From assembly GCA_965655095.1 (NCBI GenBank), contig OZ296650.1, forward strand, positions 134,168,001 through 134,232,000: a stretch of 64,000 bases of DNA. The letters run 5' to 3'. The notes beneath the pieces were generated by a model that saw only the letters and a list, made by a program, of their open reading frames with translations, searched no databases and was not told where the DNA came from. The translations under genes were made by a program, and so were the position numbers. The stretch comes from Haplodiscus bocki. Taxonomy: Eukaryota. Of the stretch, positions 24,601 through 38,500 are shown piece after piece; position 1 is the stretch's first letter; each line of letters starts with the position of its first letter.

Positions 24601-27600
24601 TTATGGCCACATACAAAGTTTGACCAAAATCTAATGGTTGGAACGCGAGATCGCCTTATTTAGCCCCCCCTACGGACGGATACTATTTGCTACGCACTAT
24701 ATTTTAAGCTCGGCGAACGGGTCCCTTCCCGGCCTCGCAGATTGTTAGTGGGGTATCACCCTGACCACCCAGTGGAGGCTAGGGTACCAATTACCAGAGG
24801 AGGCTTAACTGTAGGTACATATTTGCGTGAATAAAAACTGTTCAAGTTAAAGAAATTTTGATCTATGGGTAATGACGTTTACATTTTTGCTATTGAGTCT
24901 CCTACTGTTTTGTGTTCCACTCAGCAAAGGAGACCACTGCACCCCAATTGCTTTTCTTGTGGTCCGAGCCCGTTGTGCTTCCGATCAGCCACCCGCTGAC
25001 CTCCCGAACAACGGGAAATTTCAATGTTTAAAAGAAATTCCGTTTTTGAAAAAAGCTGTTTTTCACAAAAAGAAACCTTTTCCACTGAGTTATAAAAGTG
25101 GTTAGAAAATTGAGAAACCTTTCTTTACATTGACTGTAACTTTTTTATTGTATTCTACACGCTGAAACGTAAATTTTGATGAATTTTCTTTTTTTTGAAA
25201 ATTTCGTCATAACCGTCATTTTTTTCGTTATAACGGTCATTTATTCGTCATAACCGTCATTTTTTCCGTCATTCTAAACAGAAAATTTTTGTCGTCGAGA
25301 CAAGTTCTTGCAATTGGTAGAAGTTGTTCCGCTGTCCGGCAGCCCTAGATGTCAATGCTGATATTTCGACAAAGGAGAAATGACGGATTGATCATTTTTT
25401 TGAAATTTCTACTGCTTTCATCCGTCATATCTCCACTTTTATGACGAGTTGGCGGAAAATTTTTTGCATGCGGATAACTCACAGTCAACATGCTTCATAC
25501 ACACAAAGCTAGCCCAATGCGTATGGTTAGTTGTGGAGATTGGGCCAAAAAACTTCGGTAAGGAGCCAAAAATGACGATCATTCCGTCATAACTCCTCCC
25601 CCAATGAATCAATCATGACGGGACCTACATCAAAATTCTTAGAATTAAAAGTTATGGCCACATACAAAGTTTGACCAAAATCTAATGGTTGGAACGCGAG
25701 ATCGCCTTATTTAGCCCCCCCACGGACGGATACTATTTGCTACGCACTATATTTTAAGCTCGGCGAACGGGTCCCTTCCCGGCCTCGCAGATTGTTAGTG
25801 GGGTACCACCCTGACCACCCAGCGGAGGCTAGGGTACCAATTACCAGAGGAGGCTTAACTGTAGGTACATATTTCCGTGAGTACAAACTGTTCAACTGAA
25901 CGAAATATTTTGATCTTTGAGTAAGGACGTTTACTTTTTTGCTATTGAGTCTTCTACTGTTTTGTGTTCCCCTCAGCAAAGAAGATTACATGACTCCAAA
26001 TGTTTTCATTGTGGTCTGAGCCCGTTGTTCATCCGATTAGCTACTCGCTAGTCTCCGGAACAACGGGAAAAATCAAGGTTTAAAAGAAATTCCGTTTTTG
26101 AAAAAAGCTGTGGTTCAGAAAAAAAATCATCTCCATTGAGTTATAAAACTGGTTAGAAAACCAAAAAACACTTCTTTACAGCGACTGTAATTATTTTTGT
26201 TGTTTTCTACTTGCTAAAACACAACTTTTGGGGAAGTTTCATTTTTTTGAAAAACTCGTCATAACCGTCATTTTTTTGTCATAAAAGTCATTTTTTCGTC
26301 ATAACCGTCATTTTTTCCGTCATTCTGAACAGAAAATTTCTGTCGTCGAGAAAAATTGTTCCAATTGATGTAAGTTGTTTCGCTGTCCGGCAGCCCTAGA
26401 TGTCAATGTTGACACTTCGAAAAAGGAGAAATGACGGAATGACCATTTCATTCAAATTTTCTATCAGTTTCACCCGTCATATCTCCACTTCTATGACGAG
26501 TTGGCCGAAAATTTTTTGCATGCGGATAACCCACTGTCAACATGCTTCACACACACAAAGTTGGCTACATGCGTATGGTTACTTGTGGAGATTGGGCCAA
26601 AAAACTTCGGAAAGGGGCCAAAAATGACGATCATTCCGTCATAACTCCTCCCCCAATGAATCAATCATGACGGGACCTACATCAAAAATCTTAGAATTAA
26701 AAGTTATGGCCACATGCAAAGTTTGAACAAAATCTAATGGTTGGAACGCGAGATCGCCCTATTTAGCCCCCCCTACGGACGGATACTATTTGCTACGCAC
26801 TATATTTTAAGCTCGGCGAACGGGTCCCTTCCCGGCCTCGCAGATTGTTAGTGGGGTATCACCCTGACCACCCAGTGGAGGCGAGGGTACCAATTACCAG
26901 AGGAGGCCTAACTGTAGGTAGAAATTTCCTTGAATACAATTTGTTCAAGTTAAATTATTTTTTGATCTATGAGTATTGATGTCTACATGTTTGCTATTGA
27001 GTCTTCTACTGTTTTGTGTTCCCCTCAGCAAAGAAAATTACATGACTCCAAATGTTATTATGGTGGTCTGAGCCCGTTGTTCATCCGATTAGCTACTCGC
27101 TAATCTCCGGAACAACGGGAAAAATCAATGTTTAAAAGAAATTCCGCTTTTGAAAAAAGCTGTGGTTCACAAAAAAAATTCATCTCCATTGAGTTATAAA
27201 ACTGGTTAGAAAACCAAAAAACACTTATTTACAGCGACTGCAAATATTTTTGTTGTATTTTACTTGCTAAAACACACTTTTTGGGGAAGTTTCATTTTTT
27301 TGAAAAACTCGTCATAACCTTCATTTTTTTGTCATAAAAGTCATTTTTTCGTCATAACCGTCATTTTTTTGGTCATTCTGAACTAAAAATTTTTGTCATG
27401 GAGAAAAATTCTTTCAATTGGTGTAAGTTGTTGCGCTGTCGGGCAGCGCTAGAGGTCAATGTTGAAACTTCGACAAAGGAGAAATGACGGAATGATCATT
27501 TTTTTCAAATTTTCCATCAATTTCATCCGTCATATCTCCACTTCTATGACGAGTTGGCAGAAAATTTTTTTCATGCGGATAACCCACACTCGAAATGCTT

Positions 27601-27935
27601 CACACACAAAAAGCTAGCCCAATGCGTATGGTTACTTGTGGAGATTGGGCCAAAAAACTTCGGTAAGGGGCCAAAAATGACGATCATTCCGTCATAACTC
27701 CTCCCCCAATGAATCAATCATGACGGGACCTACATCAAAATTCTTAGAATTAAAAGTTATGGCCACATACAAAGTTTGAACAAAATCTAATGGTTGGAAC
27801 GCGAGATCGCCTTATTTAGCCCCCCCTACGGACGGATACTATTTGCTACGCACTATATTTTAAGCTCGGCGAACGGGTCCCTTCCCGGCCTCGCAGATTG
27901 TTAGTGGGGTATCACCCTGACCACCCAGTGGAGGC
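21619..27935 (+). repeat. Six tandem type 1 non-autonomous mini-units (1050-1057 bp each)
   Basis: Cores start at 21602, 22659, 23712, 24763, 25813, 26866 and 27919, giving spacings of 1057, 1053, 1051, 1050, 1053 and 1053. Unit 3 resembles unit 4 and unit 2 resembles unit 6. Confidence 0.93.
27919..27935 (+). other. 17-bp junction core GACCACCCAG(T/C)GGAGGC (representative of 12 copies)
   Basis: Copies start at 8272, 21602 (one A>C change), 22659, 23712, 24763, 25813, 26866, 27919, 28960, 45995, 47043 and 48089. The unit type switches at this core. Confidence 0.9.
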
Positions 27936-28976
27936 ACCGGTGAAAATCACCAGGTGGCGGTCACTGGAGAAGCACCTCTGAAATAGGATAGTTTACTGAT
28001 AGTCTTTTCTTCGAACACAGTAATGAGTTTTGCAAATGCCTGTTTAATACATTGAAATTGAGCCTGTGAAATCTTCATTGAAATCGACAAGACATCGAGG
28101 ACGAAGCTTACAAAAAGTTCGGCCCCGTTGTTTCTCCGTGTCGCTTCGCTAATCTACGAAACAACGGGGCGGGGCAAATAACAATTTGAATTTCGATTTT
28201 TTTTTCAATTTTGGGCCAAATTATGATTGTTTTTCCAGAAAATTTCAATACCTCAACCCACAAAAAAGGTTCAAATTCAAAACAACTATGCAGTAAGAAA
28301 AATTTGGGGGAAAAATGGACAAAAAAATTGCCAGATATGAATTCTACAATCAAAACTGAGGTTTTGGAAATTTTTAATTTTTTTTGAAAATTTCGTCATA
28401 ACCGTCATTTCTTTCGGCAAAGTGGCCGAAAATTTTTCATCTTCGGAAAATTGCCTTTCAAGTTATGGAGTCGATTTCATACTGGAGCCACTCCAGAGTG
28501 CAAACTATGCACTTCAATGTGGGAGCTATGACGAAATGGTCGATTTTCGGCATTTTTTTCCAAATTTCATCCGTCATATCTCCACACCTATGACGAGTTG
28601 GTAGAAAATTTTTTGCATGCGTGTAGCCCTTAGTTATTCTGCTTCACACGAAAAGTTTCGGCCAAATGCATGTGGTTACTTGCAGGGCTGTCGCTAAGAA
28701 ACTGAAAAATGAGGCCAAAAAACAGAATCATCCCGTCATAACTCCCCTACCATTTTTGCTAGAATGATTTAACTTGCACCATTAATCTTAGAATTGAAAG
28801 TTATGTCCGCATGCAAAGTTTGATCCAAATCGTATGGGTGGGAGCTGAGATCGCTATTTTCCTATACCGTGTTTGCATAGAGTTATTTCTTATATTTTAA
28901 CGCGAGGCAAAGGGGCCCCTCCCCCGCCTCGCCAGGACCTATGAGGGGCGCAAACCCGTGACCACCCAGTGGAGGC
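27936..28976 (+). repeat. One type 2 non-autonomous mini-unit (1041 bp)
   Basis: Lies between cores 27919 and 28960 and is highly similar to 46012-47059 and 47060-48105. Confidence 0.92.
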
Positions 28977-31900
28977 GACGGTGAAAATTACCAGAAGGCG
29001 TGAGGTTTGAATCGGTGTTTCTTTCGTGTTCAGATTTATTTTCTGCGACAAACGGGCGTAGTCCTGTCATTGTGCGTCAGTCAACGTGAAGCCGTGAAGC
29101 AGTATGTTGTCAATTTTTGTGACGAAGACGAAAAATGCCTTTTGGGTGGCAAATATTGACAAAATTATCGTCGTCAATCCTTATTTCAGATTGTTGTTCT
29201 AACTTCTCTGTCTCCTGCATGAGAGGTAACTTTGTTTTCCTGTAGACGCACTGGATTTGCCGATGCAGTTTGGGAAAGGTGCAGTTAGGCGGTGAATACG
29301 AAGGGGCCGGAAGTATGCTGAGCAATGAACAGTTGTTATCTTGGAACAAAATATGTTTTTGTTAAAATTTAAGTTTAACAGTTACTTTTTAATCTTTTCT
29401 TCAGCTACCAAAATTCTGGGTTTTTGTCCAATTCATTAGTAAAATTTATCTGTACTTAAAATATGAAAGGTGAGTTAAGTTTTGTTTTAACTCTAAGTTT
29501 TTATCCATACTTTTGCTGTTTCTTTTGGAGCTGTTCCCAGAAATTTTTTTGTCTCATTGCTGTTGTTGTTTCTTTAAACAAAGAAAAAACTTGACTGGTG
29601 TTCAATTACGCACTCCAAAGTTATGTTTGGATTCTGCCTTCGTGGAAAAAACAATAATTGTTTTGTTGTTTCTAATGTTTTCTGCAGGGATGAACTTGAC
29701 AATGCAGCTTTGCAATGGGATACTAACATTTAGTGAACAAAAATCAGGATATTGGAAGCGGGTGGTCTCCACGAACCTTAAGCGTTGTTTGAACCTCGAA
29801 AATCACGAGCAAGTTTCTCCAGTTTCTCATACCTATGAGATTCATTTTCAAGGTTTTCAATGATTGTTATAACTTACATTGGTTTTTTGAAAAATGTGTC
29901 TGATTAATATCAACCACCCATTCCGCCGCTTTCGAAAATGAATTTCTGAATAGTTTTGTTGAATGAAATTTTAATGTTCAAAAAAAAAGAGGCAACGGAA
30001 TGATGACTTGTTTTTGATCGACACCAGATGCTATTTTTTTTCCGGGCTCAGGTGGAGTTTTTTATTGGAAACGTTGCACTACGCATCTGGTAGGTAATTT
30101 ATTTTTTTGTTGTTTTGTATTTTAATGGATAACACGATTCATCACAATCATTTCTTCAATTAAGGCTTCCTGCGCTGTAGCTGCTTCTTTTTGTTTGAAT
30201 CAAGCGTTTCTTGACGGGAAAGGTCCGGTTTCCCCTTGTGTTGGCATGAAGTTTCACTAACCAATAATGTTTTTCAATCAGCACATAAGTAGAAAAGTAA
30301 AGATGGCTACTGCACGCTTCCTCGTGGCTTCATGTTTTCGCGTTAATTCGCTTTCTTCATTTGTTTACAACGTTGTCCGAGCCAATTTTCCCTAAATAAT
30401 TACGTTTTTTATTCATGGCTTCCCATTGACATGACTGTCCTGCTTTTACGGTCAACATTTTTAAGAAAAGCACCCAACCTTTTTTTTTCCGCAATAATGT
30501 CTTCCTAAAAATAATTTCCTTTTTTGAAGACTGTACTGACAATTCGAAATTTCCGATATTTTCGCGAAACTAATAAGTTTCGTTAGTCCAGATTGAGTAA
30601 CGAACGGGGCATTTCCTCAGCTATTTAATTCCATCACTTGTTCAACATTTTACCGAATTTCAGATTCGTCCTTCCCTTCTTTGACGTTTTCTTCCTGATT
30701 TTAAATTATAGAATTTCCAGAAGCAAATTATTGTTTTTTATTGTAGAGCTTATTATTTTATTCACAATGTTTTTCTAATTTTGCTAATTCCCATCCTGAT
30801 ACTCTGATCCCCCAGAGTCATTTGGAATTTTGGTGGACGGAAGGCAATTCACTTCTGCAACCTTATGCTAGTTCTCTTACGACTGTTCACATTAGCATAT
30901 GTTTCTCCGCAGACATATATAAAACATCGTTAATGTTTGTAAAGTGATTGAGTAAAAATAAAAACCTATTTCATCTTTAACTTCATAAATATCTTTTATA
31001 TGCGTAACTTTTTCTCACACGCAATGGCTGGCTTTGGCAGCCTTTTTCTGCGGAATAATATTTCCGTTAACTGCCAATTTTCTCACTTGGACTAGCCTGG
31101 TTGTTTAAAAGTCAATGCTTTCGAATCTTAAGGTCCACTTTGAGGCTCTTTCTTTCCTGCAGTGAAGATTTTATGAAATGGCTCCACTGCCAGAAATTCA
31201 AAATTTCAAATATGCTTTACTTGTAAAAGATCATCGGGAAGTGGATGTTCATCTAATTGTCAGTAGACGGAATCAAGACAATAAGAAGCCAAGGCGGGAT
31301 AGCCATATTGATCAATGACTTTAACCGATTCAATTTTTCAAGTTCAATATGCAAACTATATCACAACGATTAACTGTGTCTGAATGATGCTAGGCAGTTG
31401 GAATTGCACACAACTATGGCACTTTTTGAACATCCTTGATCCATTCTTTTTATGTTTTCATCAAGAGATTTCGTATCTGGAGCCTTGAAATTTTCCCCTC
31501 TGTTCCATCAACGTGCCTGTTCATCTATCACCGTTAACGAAAGGACATGAAATAAAACAACGAATAGAGTTTGCGGAATTTGTTACTAAGCTCTTGATTT
31601 CAAGAAGCTTTCCAACGTTGAAGTAATTTAAAAAAAATACTAAATTCATTTTTATGACGCCTAAAGACTGTCAGTAGTGGTTTACGTTGTGTATTTCAAT
31701 GAAATAGGCCGTGAATATATGATTTTGAGAATTTGTCGGAGAGAAAAGTGAATTCGACGGAGAATGATGGAAATGTAGAGCTTCCCATTGTTCCTCCCAA
31801 CTGAAACAAAATTTGTACCAACAATTATCTGTACCCCCTTATTTGTATGAAATTGTTATTTGATGCTTTTTTTAGACTGTCAAATTCTTGAGCTTTTTCG

Positions 31901-32557
31901 TATCTTAAATCTGGTCTCTTTTCGTCTTCTATACGACATTTTCTTCGAAACCTAGACTGATCTTTTCAACTTTACATCTGTTAAAACAAGCTACTTACTT
32001 CATAGATGAAACAAAGGTACTGATTTTTTTGGGCCCTTGAATATAAAGTTTTTTTACCTGCAAAAACTGAATTGAATTGATGCCTGGTTTACACCAGTGA
32101 AAAAGACTACGAACCTCTGAAAACTTTGTTGGGTCTTAATTTACCCAACTTCAGTTACTTGGTGCCATTTTTTGCAAAAAGTTTTCAAGTTCCTAAGTGT
32201 TTTGTGAAACTGAAAAATTACGTTGTGTTCGATTGAAGTCAATACAACTGCTGAGGAAGCCTTGGTTTTGCTCCTGTGCGTTCGCAAAACCAAGGCGTCT
32301 GGTTTATGAATGGTTGGAATTGAATTATGATTTTTTACAGTACTGCCTTATCTTTTTCGCGGCATCGAACCTGAAATTTAATTAGGCAGGCAACGGTTTG
32401 TAATTGAACCGTAAAAGACTTCGCTCAAACGACAATTTGATGTATTTACCTATTATACGAATTTCCCTGCTAATTCTTCAACGTGTGTTTGTATTGTAAC
32501 ATCTTGTTTTTTCATATAGTCATGATCCCACTGAATTAATGTCTGTTGTGTTTTACA

Positions 32558-35500
32558 ATGTCAAAACAAAACAACAAAGGAAACTTGAAGCGTCGTCGTT
32601 GTACTTCCTGTGGACAATTTGTTGGAGAACATCATGTGTGTGCAAAATCAATTGAGCTGGAACTTCAGGTCAACGAGCCTTTAGGAATTTTATACAAAAT
32701 TCCCGATGCATCAGTTGCTGTGTCACCTACCGCGAGAACGGAGATACACAGCTCGCTGAACACTTTGGGGTTGATGGACTTTTTAAAGCCTACAAAAACA
32801 GCTATCGGAAACGATACAGTTATCTGCTCCATGCAGCCAGTCCGGGTAACAGCAGTGCTTGGGGACGGTAATTGCCTTTTTTCTTCTCTGGCAGTTGCTC
32901 TGGGACTGTCACATGAATGTGGCCCAATCATACGTAACATTATTGTCAGCCACATGAATTTAATCAGTTTCCCCCCTAATAGCCTGCAAACATCTGTTTA
33001 CTCCGATGACTTTCCCAACCAACATCGTGTTTTGAGTTGTACTTCCGTCGATGAGTACCTCCGCGAATCTAGAATGGCAGAAAATGGTGTTTTTGGAAGC
33101 TGTGTAGAAATATATTCATTTTGCCAAATCTTCAAAGTAGATGTTTTTTTGTACCATGTTCCATTCAAATCCTGGATGATTTATGAATGTTCCTCCAACG
33201 TAAATAGAAAAGGAATTTTCATTCCACAAAACCGGAATGCAAATCACTTCGAGGTGATAACAGAGCTGGTTTCAATTGGTCCTGAAAGCTCCAGCTTATC
33301 GCAAGTTGCATCAATTAATCGCCCTCCTTCTCAATCAAGCGAAACTAATCATTGGAGTCAAGCCTTGCAGAACTGCGAAGGAACTGAAACTGAACCAGCT
33401 TCGAAAAAAAGCAAAGTCAATTCTGATTACACCTGGGAAGAGCACCCTGACCCGCTCGCATTAAGTCTCTTCGCCAATTCTGTATCTACCAAAATGAAGA
33501 AACTTTCGGCCTTGGAAACATTATCAACAAATTCAACGAACCTCCCAAAGAACGATTGTTCACAAATGCTGGAACCCCCATGTTTTGACTTTTCCCCAAC
33601 AGATAGTGTTTCAGGAAATATGCACACGAACGGCGAGTGCCCAAATTTGGGCGGATGTGACTGTTGCGCAAAATGCATGCGCCAGTCAACAGTTCTTTAC
33701 CCTTTAAAGTTGAAGAGGAAGAATAAATTTGATCTTAAAAACCGTGTGTTTGGAAACAAGCTAACGGAGCCCATTGTTGTTTTATGTAAGCTCTGTCTTC
33801 TCTATTGCACAACCGAAAGTTATGATTGGTACAATGCTTGGCCCTCTGTGTTTTTCAGCCTATTGAGTGATCAAGACATGCCAGTTAGAACCCAAATGGA
33901 TATTTTGTCTTTGTTACCTTGGGAATTGAGACAGCAGTGGATGACATCCATGCACTACTTTCCCCTGTGCGTTCAAAGATGTCTAAGTCGGAAACGGATT
34001 GCTGGGAAATGTTCCGTTGATGGGACGCTTCGTTTGCGTCGTTTCCACGAACTCATGAAAACCTTGAAGCAGACTAACATTGCTCTTGCCCTGGACAATG
34101 AACCTTATCCCAACGTCCGCTGCCCATATGGGTGCTGGTGTTTCATTGAAGAATCAGGTTGGATACCCGCAAATCACTTCATCAATCTTTTTGAAAGAAA
34201 CTTTACCTCGTTTCAGTCCTCCAGCTTCCTGCATCTAAGAGGAATTAGGTCCGACTTTTTGACACCATTTGTGTCCCTGCGCCAGTTCTTAGTAGCGACT
34301 ACAGTGCGAGTTGATGAAAAAGCGGGACTCGTGGTTCAGGCTTGCTCCAGGCACTCAAGAGGCTCCAGTGTGCAGTACTTTCATCCGCCATCACATCCTT
34401 CGCTGGTGCGAACTACAGTGAATTATGAAGAACGTCTTAGTGCCATCGCACCCACATTGTCGTTCATCTCAAGCATAAAAGCCAACTTCGCCAGTCATAC
34501 GTACCAATTGCTAAGAAGTGTTGGCTCTTACAGTGGAATGAGCACAGTCCGATTGAAGCGGAAAACGCGCTGGGATTTCACTAGTGACATTTTGTATCAT
34601 GCTGAAGGCGTCGCTTGTCATTTCAGAGAAGACATCAAAACAATGATTCGTGAGTGGGTAAGACAGGGTAAAATCCTTGATGACGTAGCTTCGGGAATGC
34701 TGGATCATGTACCGGACAAAAAGAAAGTCAACAGTTGTTTGTCACAGGCCACTTCAATAGACTTACAAACATGCCTGAACCTCACGAAAATAGTGGAAAT
34801 GAATGAAAAAGAATATCTCAACAATGTTAAGTCGTTGAGTTGTTACACTCTCGTTCATGGGAATGATGATTACGGCTGCTCTCCACCTCCTCTGGAAAAT
34901 AGAGTAAGCATAGTATCGTGGATTGTGCAGGCTGCAGTTTGTGTTTCCCCAATACTTTGTCGATCCTTAGTGAACTCATCAAAATACAGTGTGACACTTA
35001 GGCCTTTGTTCACTTTACTCAGGAAAGTGTTGCTTGGCACCGCAAGAATGAATACAGCAAAAGTTTTATGGCTTGTTAGAAAATCCGAACAAGCAGTCTC
35101 AGCTGTCATAGAACAAACTAACACTGATGACAAAACAGAGGGAACAACCGACTGTTGTTGTTTTGTAGGAGCAAGGTTTCTTTCAGAAATTTGTGACACC
35201 ATTCAACACGTTCCCTTAAACAAACGGAAGAATATCGGTTCAGCCACAACAGAGCAAGTTTCGTACAACATGACTCATGCCATTTTTACGACAGGTTCCC
35301 CAAAAAATTTGCGGAACAAGGTGAAACCACCGTTAACCCTGATTATTTCCGACAATGAATTCGAATTGATTGCAGTTGGAACGAAGGATGGAAGCAGCAA
35401 GGGAGAACCGAGGTGGTTGGTTAGACATGGAGGGAGGTTTCAGGGGTTTTGGCTCATTGAGAAAAGTAAAAAATTTGCCACAAAAACAGAAGGCTCTCCG

Positions 35501-38500
35501 ACTGATGCCCTGGAAACTTTCATTCGGGGTTATTGGACAATTGCAATTTATCAAAAGTCAAGAAATGTTCAATTGATTGATTTGAAGTGGAAATTTCTGA
35601 GCACTTTGACAGGTCAGGGTATTTTTATTTGTGCACATCACACAATTCCTTTAACAAGAGATTTCAGAAACAGTGGTTTCCAATGTAGATGTAATCGTGC
35701 ATCGTTTTTGCGCTGCCCGCATTTGCAGTGCTACTCTTGCGTTTGCAAGCGTCTTTTCAATGAAGGTCTACAGCAGCAACACAGACGTATTTTAATTGAT
35801 TCAGTACCGTTGGAGAAGTTAAATAAAACTAATTCCCCTTCTCTGGTATCGGAATCATCTTCGTCACGGGATTTTATTGAGCCCAACAGCATGCCTGCAA
35901 ATGAACCAATTCAACCAGATGCGGCAGCAGAAACGCTTGACATTGCATCAAGCAACAGTTCGTCCGTCAGTTATATTGTTCATCCGGAAACAAATGACGA
36001 AGAATTCGAAGATGACAACTTGAGAATAATGGCTACATTAAAAACCAACTCAGATGAAAAACTGATTTCCGTGGATCTTGAACGAAAAGAAGATGCCTTC
36101 AAACTACCGCTCCATATTCTTTTAAACTCACAATGCAATCTTCTTTATCGACGTAACGGGAATCCAATCAGCCTTTCTCTGAAAGAAAAACGTTTCCTGG
36201 AAAATATTTCAGCTGTTTCGACGTCTGCATTACCGCTCATTCAACCCGAAGCTCTTCTTTTTCCATCGATTTTTTGGTGTCAAGCTAGCAGCGGCAGTTT
36301 TCCAGGAGCAATACCAACGGCTTTATACAATTCATCCAAGTACAACAAACAGCTGGGTTTCGCCGGTTTGGATGACATGCTTCGAACTCGAATCAAGGAC
36401 GGCTCTCTTTTGACATCTTGCAATCCTACTTATTTGCAGTATGTGTTTGATTGCCTCTTGAACATGCAGCTTCATAAAAGTGACATTAGGATAATACTAA
36501 ATCGAGGATGGCAAGAAGTTAATTCGGTTCCTCATAATTGCTCTTTTCTTTCGACTCAAACTTTCAAGTTTGATTGTGCCGAAAGTCGAAAAAATGTCTG
36601 CGAACTTGCGGCTTTGATTACAGACAAAAATCCAACCTACTTTGTGACATACACTTGTAGTCAATCGACCCACCCGGGGATTCGCAAAATCTTTGAAGCA
36701 CTGCATGAAATGTATCCCGCAGAAACCACTCCAAAGGAAGTACTTGCAGCAGCAATTCAAGCTGAGCTCATGCCCATGCTCAGGTCTTGGTACCGCGCCT
36801 CTCAATATGTAATGGAATGGGTGAAAAATTCACCAGAAGAACCACTTGGTCCTGTGTCTCATATTTGGATGAGGTACGAATGGCAAGAAGAGACAGCTGG
36901 CTTTCCACACTTGCATGCTATATTGTGCACACCAGAAGATAAATTTAGTGATGATGTACGATCTCGAGTTTGCTGTTCAAAACAAACGTTTTTGGGTGGC
37001 TTAGAAGTCAGTTGCCCCGAATTGAACGCAGTCGAACGTTTCCAACTGGGTAAACTTTACCAAAAGTATCAAACCCATAACTGTTCGAAAGGCCGTAAAC
37101 GTTGCCATAAGAAGACAGACAGGCTGGACAAACCAATTTGTCGTGTACCTAAATATCCTCCTTCGAATTGTTTTTCTTTCAAGGAAATTCCTGTGAACTT
37201 TTCCTGCGAAACAATGGGACTTCTGCGAGAAATGGAACTGGCAGACATAGATGAAAACTCGCTATTCCCAAAAGTGAAAGATCCTTTAACGGCCGGAAAA
37301 CATCATTATCCCACTGTTTCTAACGAACATTATTCACCAACGAACGCTGCTCTTTTTGCTTTGACACAATCCAGCACCAATGTTCAAATATGTGACGACT
37401 ACATGGCCCCCCGCTACGTTGCAAAATATGCAGCCGGCATTGAATCTCGAGCAGTTGCCAAAATTGTTGCTGGTGAAACAGAAAATAGTGTCAAAGTTTT
37501 AACAGAACCAATCGCACATGAAAAAATAGCTGGGGTACAGGCTTCGCAAAAGAAAATGAGAGGCGATGAAAAACAAAAATCGGTAACTGGTCGTGTGGTC
37601 AGCATAACAGAGTGTCTCTGGTGGTCCTTACAGCTTCCTTATGTCTGCACAAATGTCGATTTTGTTCACGTGCCAACTGTTCCCAAAGAAAATCGATCTG
37701 GAATTATCACTGAAAAACGCTTTAGCAATAAAATTAAGTTGGGCGCCACGTTTATGGAAGGAATCCGAGTTCGGAAACACGTTTTACAACTTCCAAAGCA
37801 CCGGCAGTTCACAAGAACACAAAGTTTTCTTCTTGCAGATGTTGAAAACAGCTCTATTTCGCCAGACAAAGTAACAGTTTTTGGACTCCGCCCACCTGAA
37901 CTTTTGTTTGTCTCGAAGTTAAAAAATTACTACAGTTGGTTTGTTCGTTGTAAACCGCAAACAAAAAAATCCATCAGCAATCATGAAGTGTTCTTGAAGA
38001 GAAGCTTCCGCAGAAGTTGTTGGGTTGATGCATTGGGGTATTTGGTTAAACTACGCCCTTGTTCAGTGGACGCTTTCGTAAATTTCTGTCGTGCAAATGG
38101 TACCGATGGACGGGATGGGATTCTGAAACGCGAAATGAGAATACACATTGTTCCGTTGCTTGTGACGAAAAAAGCATCACAATTTGTTGCTCACTGGAAG
38201 CAGTTGTCCGAAGAAGATGCCGTGGTTGTTTTCAGTAACGTTTTGCCGAATAACCCAACTAAATTTCTACTACATGTGCTCTTGACTAATGGAGAATTTG
38301 ACACAGAGATGGACATTCTGAACGTGCAGTCTTTCAAAGAAGCTTTCACAACAGCTAAAATTATTCCAAGCTGTAACATAAACGCCAAGACCGTGCAAAA
38401 TTTAACACGGAATTATTTGCTGAAACAGCTGAGTTTTGTACCTGGGTCCTCGAAACTAATTGACAAATACCTTTTAATGGCTCACAGTGTTCTTTCAGAG

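Noticed and set aside
21010-28976. CRISPR-like repeat/spacer array
   Set aside because: The period is ~1.05 kb, the variable parts are homologous to each other and not unique spacers, no cas genes are present, and the context is eukaryotic.
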